Shown here piece after piece: positions 24,273-64,000 of a stretch of 64,000 bases of DNA. Positions within the stretch are counted from its first letter, which is position 1. Each line of letters begins with the position of its first letter. The notes under the pieces were generated by a model. It saw only the letters and a list, made by a program, of their open reading frames with translations, made no database searches and was not told the origin of the DNA. Source of the DNA: Paraspadella gotoi. Lineage: Eukaryota > Animalia > Chaetognatha. The position numbers were made by a program, and so were the translations under genes. Where the stretch lies: contig CM119267.1 of assembly GCA_051294375.1 (NCBI GenBank), forward strand, positions 25,366,882-25,430,881, written 5' to 3'.

Positions 24273-27127
24273 ATGCGGTTAGGCTCGAAATTCTTGATAA
24301 GTCTCCGTCTCGCCCGTTGCTTTCACGCGCACGGTTCTGCGCTCAGCCCCAGAGTGGCGCCGCTCGTTAACCTTTCGAGCGGTGCCGCGGAGGATCCAGC
24401 GAATTCCCCGTCGGAGATCGATGGCAACAACAACAATGAAGATGATCGAGTTTCGGTCGGACGGTCTAATTATTTTCCTCGGTTCGGTTTCAACTCCAAG
24501 AGTCAACGTTATGAGAATTTGGTTCCATCGACGACGATTAAGACGACGACAACTCCTCCTCCTCCTCCCCAAAACCTCGTCCCCATCGAGGATGCTTCCT
24601 CCGAATCGTCATCGTCATCGTCTCCCGTTTCTCCTTCCTCCGTTGCTCTCCCCAAATCCTCGCCCGCCCATCTCCAACATCCTTTCGCCGCTCAAAACAA
24701 AGAGATCTACGAGACTCGAGTCCCTCGACGAATCCTCAAGATGAAGTTCGATCAAGACGTCGTCGGCGAGGAGTTCGAACGGGCAATGTCGCCGCTGGAC
24801 TGGCGCACACTCGTCCGCCTCCGTCTTCCCTTCATGGATCACGTTAATTTTTTGGAGGCGATGACGGCCTTTCGTCGAATCGTCGATCCTGAGGTCAGAG
24901 TCATTCGAGGATGGATTGAACTTATTAATAGTCACCGAATTTAATATATATAATTTTTGTATGTTTCCACTGTTGATCTGGTTAGGCCTTTTGCTCCTCC
25001 GAGATCCTTGACTGGCCCGAGTTCGTCGTCGTTGTCAAAGGTCTCGTCAAACACTCTCGCGACTTTGACCACGACGAGGCGCTGGAGGCTCTCGTGACGA
25101 TGTTGGCGGTGGGCGTTCCCATCGACAGCGCCCCCGTTTTCGTGTATCTCGAGCTGATGAAGACCCACATCAATCGATTGACGATCGTCGAGCTGCTGCG
25201 GTTGTACCGGACGCTGACTGTGATAGGGGCCAGAGAGTTACAGGAGGAAGAGGAGGCTCTCTTCAAAAACTCCTATCGCAAACTGACCGGGATTTTGATG
25301 GGAGTCGAGGAGCTTCTCTCTCTTCGATTCGACGAGGAATTCTCGTGGCTCTCGACGGAAGACATCGTAGATCTCCTCGCTTTTCTGCGACCGCATCGAC
25401 TCTCCGTACGGATGTACGAGAAGTGTCTTCAGTCTCTGGTGAGATCCAGGAAGTTGAAAGTATTCTTAAAAATGTCTAAATATTCGTTTGAGCATGTACT
25501 CGCTCTAAATTTTTGACTCACCCCATTGAGTGCGGCTACCCCTAGAAGTTCTAGTCTAATATCGCTAGGAATTCTTATTTGTATAATTTTGAGATGTAGT
25601 TTAATTAGTATTTAGTGCTCACGGTGCACTTGGTTTTGTTTAGAATTTTAAAACATTTATGAATGACTGAAAATATTAATACTATACAGAAGGCTTCATA
25701 AAATGTGGTACTGTGGCGGTGTATTCACACCGCCTCACGTCCACCATCCTTCAGCCAAATCCATTGGCTCAGAGGGGGAACACACCATCCCAGACTTTCC
25801 TCTGCGTTGGCAAAGCGAGACCGTCCGAGGGTAACCGCGCCAGTGACTGGAGGCGTCACTGAGGGTCGGAAGCCCCCAAAGCCAACAGTGAGATGCCCCA
25901 TCCCCATGGGCATCACAGGCAACCCGGCTGTTGCCATAGTACCCCTTTTTTGTGACCAGAACACGTTCCGAGAAAACTATTGAATAGATTTTAATGAAAT
26001 TTGGTATGAACGATCCCTATGTGAATACATATAGAAATATCGAGGCAAATTTCAATATTTGACCCCGAGCCGAGATATGGGGCCCGGTAGGGGTCACTCA
26101 TGGGGGCAAAAAATGGTCAAAATTTGTTTTTTTTATTTTTTTATTTTTTTTTGTTTTGAACTGTTGCCCAGACGTTTACTCTTCCACAAAAATGTATTTA
26201 TTTTCACAAAAATATTAGTTTACCATAAGTTTCAGCATCATGAACATCAGCTGTTTAAGTCAGATTTGGAATAATTCTGGAAAATTTGGAGAAAAACGAT
26301 GAACCATGCATCTTCAAACACCGATTAATTAGCAAAAAAATTATTAATTTTAGTTTTAAAAAATATTTTTATATGTTTAAAACATCAATGAACCTGATTC
26401 TACTAAAAAAATATAAAAAAATTTTTAAAAAATTTTAGCCTTTTTTGGCCCCCCAGGGGTCCAGCCCCAGGGCCCTGTATCTCTTGTCAGGGGTTGAATA
26501 TTAAAATTCGCTTCCATAGTTTCATTTATATTGTCATTAGAACTCTAAATGTAAAATTTCATGAAATTCGATCCGGTAGTTTGGTGGGAACAGATTCTGG
26601 TCACAAAAAAGGGGTACCACATTTTATAATATGAAGCCTTCTGTATATCATGCTCGACCTTATATCCGCTTAAAAATCCTCTTCAGATTTCCCGATGCGA
26701 CGAATTGACATTAAAATCCTCGACTCGATTCTGTTTGTGGCTCAACACTTCGCCTTTAAACTCTTCTTATTCTTCGTCTTCATTAAGTTCGACTCCTTCA
26801 TTTTTCCACATCGACATCTCGACGGATTTCAACCACCTCCACGCCCCCCTCCTTCACGCCATCGTCAGCATCGTTCGAGATGCAGCGGAGAGCGACGCGG
26901 GGAATTCGTTGGATACTGTCGCGGCGGCTGCGGCGGCGACTGCAACGACGCTTCGTTTTTGTTCCGTGACTCAATCGTTGCGGACGAAAGAAAAATTAAG
27001 GAACCTCGTCCCTTCTCTCGCTCTCGATCCCCCATTTGCTCACTGTTCATTCGAAGTGACAGAATTGTTATCGATGTCCCCAGAGATTATTTATGCTCGA
27101 TCGTCAAAGGACATCACTTTAAATTGA
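24273..27127 (+). CDS. Unidentified protein with a mitochondrial-type presequence and a helical Leu-rich core; exons 24273-24893, 24986-~25459, ~26687-27127 (last-exon frame uncertain)
   Basis: GC-rich exons, the first intron is in phase, and the N-terminus is MRLGSKFLISLRLARCFHAH. No diagnostic motif recognised. Confidence 0.55.
25685..26645. mobile_element. Tc1/mariner-type MITE (same family as 11261-11960) with a nested insertion
   Basis: ~50-bp TIR (TACAGAAGGCTTCATA..GTACCCCTTTTTTGTGACCAGAA) with TA flanks. Confidence 0.85.
25712..25938. mobile_element. Probable solo LTR, 227 bp
   Basis: Ends TGTGGC..GCCATA, 4-bp TSD GTAC, absent from the sister MITE copy. Confidence 0.65.
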
Positions 27128-27261
27128 TACTTTTTTTATAATTAATTACTTATGTTTTGTTTTTTCAAGATGGACTTGATTGATAAATTCCGTTAAAACA
27201 TCACTATTCAATACTGTTAACATAATTGTTTTCATTACTCTTGTCATCTCTGTGATCGAGG

Positions 27262-57206
<29,945 letters not shown>

Positions 57207-57448
57207 TCTCTTCCTTTGTTAGAACGATTATGAAATGTCCTTTGTCTTTACGGAGTCTTTTTTTTTTTTGTGCCTTTCGCCTTATGTTGCCGATGAAATT
57301 GAATTTTATGATTTCCACTTCATTAACTTCTCATGATTATTAAGATGAAAACTATTACCCAAACGATCGCGCCATTTAGTTCTTTATGATCAATCGCTTT
57401 CTTTTTCTTCTTTTAACTGTTTACTGATTCGTGTATTCACTGGTCGTC

Positions 57449-58501
57449 ATGTTGTTGTCCGCCTTCTGCCTCGTCCTCGCTCTTGGCACGGCAAATGCCG
57501 AGCCCGTCGTCGGCTCCGTCGTTTTAGACGAAGTCACTTTTCACAAAATCGTTTCTCTTCACAGTCTCGTTCTCGTCAAGTTCGATCAGGTGCTTTGTTT
57601 TGATTGCCATATGTGTAATATATGTAATATATGAAATTGGTACAACCAATATAAAAATTATCCATTCATTTAATAAATAATATATATATATTATCAGAGG
57701 AGGATTTAGCCTGCCGTCCAATTCTCCTCTTCTTCTTCTTCTTTCCTCCTCCTGCCCCTCAGTATATTTTGTCTCGCGATACATTCTTTCGTTTCTACTC
57801 TTCGCGAAATATACCATTATTTTTCCCTCTATTTCTTCACGCCTTCAATACCCCTCAAGATTATATATATATAATATATGCAATATATGCATAATACATA
57901 ACTAATAATTCTCGTATTTTTTCTTTATATTTCTCCGTTTCCCATTTTTTATCTTTCTATTTCCAGATGTATCCGTGGGGCGACCATGTATCCCACTACC
58001 GGACCCTCGTCTCTCGCCTCTCTCGCCGCGACGACCTCCTCCTGGCCGAAGTCCCCGTGGCGGATTTCGGGGAGCGTCAAAACGCCGCCCTCGCCCAATC
58101 GTTCGGCGTCAAGACGGCGACCTACGATTATCCGCAATACAGGCTGTTCATCAAGGAGAAGGGGATGAAGCCCGTCGTTTATAAGGGTAAGGAAAAATCT
58201 TTCTTTTTTTTTTCCAAATTTTTCCTTTCTTTTTATTTTTTTTGTTTCTTCCTTCCTTCCTTTTCCTCTTTTCCTCCTCTTCCCCCGTCCCCCAAGGCAA
58301 CAACGAAGTGGACGACCTCATGAAATTCATCATCCTTTCTTCGGGTCGATGGCTTCACCTCCCAGGCTGCGTCGCCGACTTCGACGACCTCATCGACGGA
58401 TTCGCAGAGAAGTCGGTGGAGGAGCGGGAGACGCTCGTCGCCTCCGCGGAGTCGATGCTCAAGTCGATCGAGAACGAGGCGGACGAAGAGTCGGGCAAAA
58501 T
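57449..58501 (+). CDS. ERP29: Endoplasmic reticulum resident protein 29, 3' partial; exons 57449-57589, 57967-58186, 58297-58501
   Basis: Signal peptide, GSVVLDEVTFHKIV..LVKFDQMYPWGD, LLLAEVPVADFGERQN, DYPQYRLF and LHLPGCVADFD. The final exon was not found in the window. Confidence 0.88.
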
Positions 58502-59934
58502 GTGCGTCGAGGGTTCTAACTTCTTAGTATATATTCTTAGTTTATTACAAAATAAAATTGTTTATCAATCTCTTTTTAATATAGTAGTAAATTATTCCAA
58601 GTCCATTAGTGTTCTGTTTTAATATTATTTAATAATTTGCACTCATGTGCTAAAAAACGTACCAGGCGCTCTATAAAAATATTTTAAAAAATTAGGTTAG
58701 TGCGGGGTAATTCGGAACCACAAATTCTTTAAATAACAAAAAATTGTTTAAAGATATTTTATAATTTTTTTTGGTTCATTAAACTAACTTGACTTTCCAT
58801 TATTAAAGTCAAAGCATTCCGCTGCTGCTTGAGTAGTCGTTTTCAAGCCTCTGTCACAGTCATATTTGACGTAATATGATTATGGAATATTAATATATGA
58901 TAGACAAGACTACTAATTTATAGTTATAATTAAATTATTTTTTACATAGCTACAATTAAATTGGGGTAAAACGTGTGTTAGCAACATTTGTTAAATAATT
59001 AGATGGAAAAAATTATCATACTATTAATGTTACAGTAAAAAATCAATTTTTAGCAATAAAAAATATACAAAAGTTTGGAATAGAATTTAACGCCTAAATA
59101 TGGTTAAAAAATTAGTTTGAGACAAAATTAAGATGAAATTAATATAAAATTTGGAAAAGTAAATAAAAAATTTTTAAAAAATTTAAAAAGATAAATAAAA
59201 ATGATAAATAAATAAATAAAAAATGGGGAAAAAAAGATGGGGACGATATTCAAGAATCAAAAGAAATAAAAAAACTTTGTCAAAAATACTATAAATCAAA
59301 AAATCTATACAAATTTTTTATCTACTGTTATTCAATAATTTTTAAAAAGTGAGAACATAGTATTAAAAATTATTTTACCCACTTTTTTAAGAGAAATATT
59401 TTTTTAAACTTGATCATTCCAAAACAAGCTGGAAAATCCAATTTTATTTAAAAGATTCATCATATTTTTTAACAATTGTGAAATTATTATTTAGGGATCT
59501 GGGTCAATCCAGTTATCAGCTATTCTTCCAGATGTCCAGTATAATTTTTTTTCTAATTTTAATTTATTACAAAGAACACAAAGTATTAGAAGAAAAAAGA
59601 TTAGTTTTAAATTAATCAGATTTTTTAACGTTCAGCTTTGCTGTCGAGTACTTCATTTTTTTAAAAAAATCACTGCTCCTAAATGGATGGCATAATTTTT
59701 AAAAAATTTGTTAAATGTTTTATATTTAATTGAACTTAAATTTTTTAAAAACAAATATACAGGGTGTTTTTATCGTCGCAATCGCTATTGTAACGCTTTT
59801 CCGCATAAGTGGTGTCGGCGTTGTCGTCGGCGTTTCAAATTATTGATCACCTTTTTATCGTCGCAATCGCTAAGCTTTTGCTTTTGCGCATAAGTGGCGT
59901 CGTCGTTGTCGTCGTCGCCTTTTTTATGATGAAA

Positions 59935-62900
59935 TTCTCATATCGGTCCGCCTCGCCACGAAATGCCCTTGGTCCGCCTCGCCACGAAATGCCCTTTTGT
60001 TCGCGCTAGTCGATAGATCGCGCGTTTATCAGAGTCAGAAAAACAAACAAATAAACATCGAAAAAATGAAAAAAAGAAAATCCAGAGGGAAGCCGTCACG
60101 TGACCGGCCGACAATGGGAGCCCGGCATCCACCGAAGCCGGCTTCCTCCCTCATCCGGGCGACTGAGATCCTCAATTGTCCCTAGAAGGTCCCGGAGGGC
60201 GCCCCACGCGACGTCCCTGCAGTAGAAACGGAAGAAGGTGCGCTCCAGACCAATCTCCCGCGTGTAAGATGACGCCGAGATCCACGCCGCGACGGAAGGC
60301 TTCTGAAACCGCCATAGCGCGTGTCGACCCCGGGGGCGCAGAAACATCTGCCTCCAAAAAGAGCTCCTTGAGAATGGAGGCGAAATGCTGCGTCGAGAGT
60401 TGACGAAAAGGGCGCGCGGGGGTGCAGAAAAGAAAATCGTGCTGCGGCGCCAATTCCGAACGAAGAGAGAGCCATTGCGTAGCGCCTGAACCGGGCAACG
60501 ATCCGAGAGCGGCAGCGAATCGAGACGGAACGCCGGACCCATGTGTCCGACCCTGTCCGTCTTCGAGACCATCGATGGAACCGACGAACGTGATCTGCCG
60601 CTAAGGAAAGATAGCCGCGTTGCAACGAAGAGAAACGATCTCTGAAGGGCGACTAGCTGACGCTAAAGCGACGAGAAAGAGCGAGCGTCATAGAAGATCC
60701 CTCGGCGCGATCGGAAGAGGCGCCGAGTCGAGAATGCGTAAAACCGAGGCCCATTCCACGTGGGGAAGGTCCGACGTGAGGGAGGGCGTCTCTCGAAAAC
60801 TCCCTTGAGAAGGCGCCGGACCAAAGGATGCTCTCCAACGCGCGCTCCCGCCAGGGGGGGAGAGTAGCTGAGATGGCCGATCTGTGAAGGTTGATCGTGC
60901 TGTACGAGAGGCCCTTCTCGCACAGAAAACCGAGATATCGTAGAACATCCTCTAGAGAGGCTTGAGATCCTCGAACCTCTCTATCCTGAAGGAAGTCGCA
61001 GAAGGAGCTCCAAGCTCTGGCGTAACGCTCTCTGGTAGAACCTCTCCAGCTGTCGACGATGACGGAGAAGGTGGAGTCGTCGATGTCGGAGAGATTGTGG
61101 CACCGCCTAAAATCCTCCAGACGACGAGCTTGAAGCGATCCGCCTGCGTGGCGGAAGTCCGGAACACGAGGTCGAGACGAGGTTTTTCGGCGCCGGAAGG
61201 CGCCTCGCGTCCAGAATCCGAAGGAGAAGTAGGCGGGAACCACTTCTGAGCCGGCCAAAACGGGGTGATCAGAGAAAGGAGCCCCTCGCCTTCTCCAGCT
61301 TGCGGATCACCATCATCAGCAGAGGAGGGGGAGGGAAGAGATAGGCCAGATCGAAGACCCAGCGTTGCGCCAAGGCGTCTATCCCTCCGCCTCCGGCGTC
61401 GCCTCCCAGGCGAAAAAGCGTGGAACTTGAGCCGACCGGGGAGTCGCGAAAAGATCGATGCTGGGCAGACCGAAAACGTCGACCATCTGGCGGAACACTC
61501 TCGGAAGGAGTTTCCAGTCCGCCACCTTGCGGCCCCTCGACGCCGCGTCCGTGATGAGATTCCTCTCCGAAGAGAGATGGACACCTGAAATCCGGATCTT
61601 CAGGTTGGAGGCCAGTAGAAGTGTCTCCCTGACTACTTCGTGGAGAGCCTGCGACCTGCTGCAGCCCCGACGAGACAGGTGAGAGAGACGAGGCTGTCCG
61701 TCTTCCAAAGGATGGACGCGCCGTGGAAAGAAGCTCCGAATCGTTGGAGGAAGATCTTCAGAACTGTGAACTCCTTCACATTGATATGGAGAGGGGCATC
61801 CCCAGTCGACCAGGTTCCCCTCGACAGCTGGCCCTGATGGAGGATCCCCCATCCCTGCGACGAAGCATCCGTCGTCACCTCCAGCGTGCAGTCCTCCGGG
61901 GAGAGTCGTCGATCGGACGACAGCACTGGTCCGGAGAAAGGGCTGCGATCCACCGCAGCTCCTCTATCGCCGGCGAGTGGAGAGGAACAACCGGGACGAG
62001 ATCCTTCTCTGACTTGTAGACGCGATTGACGTCTCGTTGAATCCTCGAAGACCGGCAACGCAGCAGCGGAACCGCCATGGACGCCGCCGTCGAATGGCCT
62101 AGAAGCTGAAGGCACTGACGGGCACTTGGCGCGGTCGTTGACAGAAGATTCTCCGCGAGAGAGCGAAGAGTCGTAATTTTTGTTCCCGGAGCGCGATGGA
62201 GTGGGAGAGGCTGTCCCAAACGAAACCGAGGAAATCGAACTCTGAGATGGGGACAGGCTCGACTTCTGAAGGTGGATGATGAACCCCGCCTCCTTGAATA
62301 GCCACACCGCCTTCCGAGTGGCTCGTCGACAATCGTCCGCCGAAGATCCCAGGATCAAGATGTCGTCTATATAAAAGAGCATCGAATCCCCTGTTGGCGG
62401 AGCCACTGCACTAAAGGCCTCGTTGACTTGGTGAAAAGCCAAGGGCCCGTCGAGAGGCCGAATGCTGGCCCTTCCAAATGAAGCGGCAAAACCGATGCTC
62501 CTCGTGAATCGGGAGATGGAGATAAGCATCTCGAAGGTCTATCGAGGCACCCCAATCGCCTCGTCAAACATCCTTTCTACGCGGGGCTCCTTCCATCCGG
62601 AAATAAGGCGGCGAAAGGAAACGAGAGTTGAGCTTTTTCAAGTTCAAAATCGGGCGCCAGCCTCCATCTTTCTTTGGAACGAGGAAAATCTTGGAAAAAA
62701 ACCCGGAGAACCCGGACCTCCTCGATGGCGTTCTTCTCCAAAGCCGCCGCAATCTCCGCGTCGACCAAGGCGTCTCGGTCTCCAAAGGATGGCGTCTCGT
62801 CCGAGGGAAGAGGGAGGCGTGTTGGAATCTGCTTCGCCCCCTCGAGACGGAAGCCGAGATGTTGTCGAGAATGGGCGACGTCTCTCCAACGAGCGTCGTC

Positions 62901-64000
62901 CAGAAGGGTCGAAAGAGACGAAGCCGACCTCCGACGGGGACTTCCGGGAGAAGCGCCGGCGTGGAAAGGTCCGTGTCGAGACTCGAGTCCATGGGCGGAT
63001 CCAGGCAAAACCGGGCGGGATCGGCAGGCGACCGCGAGGGAGCGTTTCGAGTCATTCGCCGGGACGCGAGTCCCGGCCCTTCCCGTTTCCCGACTTCTTG
63101 CGGGAGCAGACTTCTTGGTCCACTTGCGCTTGAAGGAAGGCTTCGAGCGGAAACGAGGTCGCTTGTCGGCACGCGGTTTGGCGCGTGCGACGTTTCGTAG
63201 AAGCGTCGAGTTGAGTGCGACGCCACTTTCGCTTCCTGATCGCCAAAAAAGGAGGCGGTGGCGCGGAACGAGAGAGCGTCGCGGAGATCCTGCGGCGCCA
63301 CAGACGAACTTGGCGGCGGATCTCGCCGACAGAGTGGTTGAGAGACGCCGCCTGAATAAGTGCCGCGTCGCGAAGCGGGGCGGCAAGGGCGTCGACACTT
63401 GCGATGACCTCATCTCTGGGCGAGCCGGAACGGAGAGCCTCCTTGATTCCGCGCAGCTCATCGGCAACCGAAAGGATGCATGCGCGGTAGCGCCGTTCTC
63501 CTGCATCGCACGAGAAAGGGAGCGGAGAGTAGCCGCGTTAGTCCCTTGGAGAACGCCGACTCGAATTGAGCGGAGAGGCACGTGTCCGGCGTCGGAGCGG
63601 TGAACTCCGGCGAGAAGCGACGTCGATCCAGTGGCGTATTCTGCCGGCCCGCTGGGCGTCCCAGCGCGTTCCAGTTGGCCGTGAGGGTGTCCCCTTCCCC
63701 ACACAGCGAAGGGAACGCCATATGTCACGAACCCATGGCGATGGAACCGGCGCAGACCTGCTCGTGGGCAGGAAGTCGTCGAAGCCGCCGACGTCGTCGT
63801 CCGAAGACAAAACTTCTCCCTCCTCCGCCGAATCGGAGGAGTATTCGGCGTCCGGATCCGGCACTGTGTGGGATCGATGACGCTTGGGTAGAGGCGAGGC
63901 CGTGCGACGGTCCGAGGCGGGCGCCCGATCTGAGAGGGCCGCCTACTGGAGTCAGAACAGCATGGAAGGAAATCGAGAATCAAATGGGCAGCGTAGTGGC
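59935..64000 (-). mobile_element. DIRS-type tyrosine-recombinase retrotransposon, frameshifted, extending beyond the window
   Basis: RT (FSKIFLVPKKDGGWRPILNLKKLN, YIDDILI), RNase H (TTDASSQGWG, HINVKE), methyltransferase-like segment (IDLFAT, PFWPAQKWFP) and YR (YSTINLHRSAIS, STRAMAVS..ILHAGDWS, TFFRFY). Confidence 0.93.

Overview
Compact animal (metazoan) genomic DNA with GC-rich exons and short AT-rich, TE-filled introns; no prokaryotic features. About ten host genes all lie on the + strand: YTHDC1 (5' partial), striatin, PPT1, an ankyrin-repeat/caspase fusion, a possible 95-aa mitochondrial microprotein, intronless PNPT1, a C2H2 zinc-finger gene, an unidentified mitochondrially targeted protein, KAT7/chameau, and ERp29 (3' partial). 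Mobile DNA includes a near full-length L1/Tx1-clade LINE whose ORF1 has an SGNH esterase, a frameshifted DIRS element, several MITE families, Helentron-type HINE/DINE elements with minisatellites, a probable solo LTR and SINE-like pieces. About 6 kb (30868-36850) is a noisy duplicate of 49565-57865 next to an N-gap, probably an uncollapsed haplotype. The most unusual signals are a family of minimal hammerhead ribozymes in introns (one inside a 255-bp fold-back), roughly a quarter of introns using AAG acceptors, and an ankyrin-caspase with an altered S1 pocket. Exon models were read by hand.
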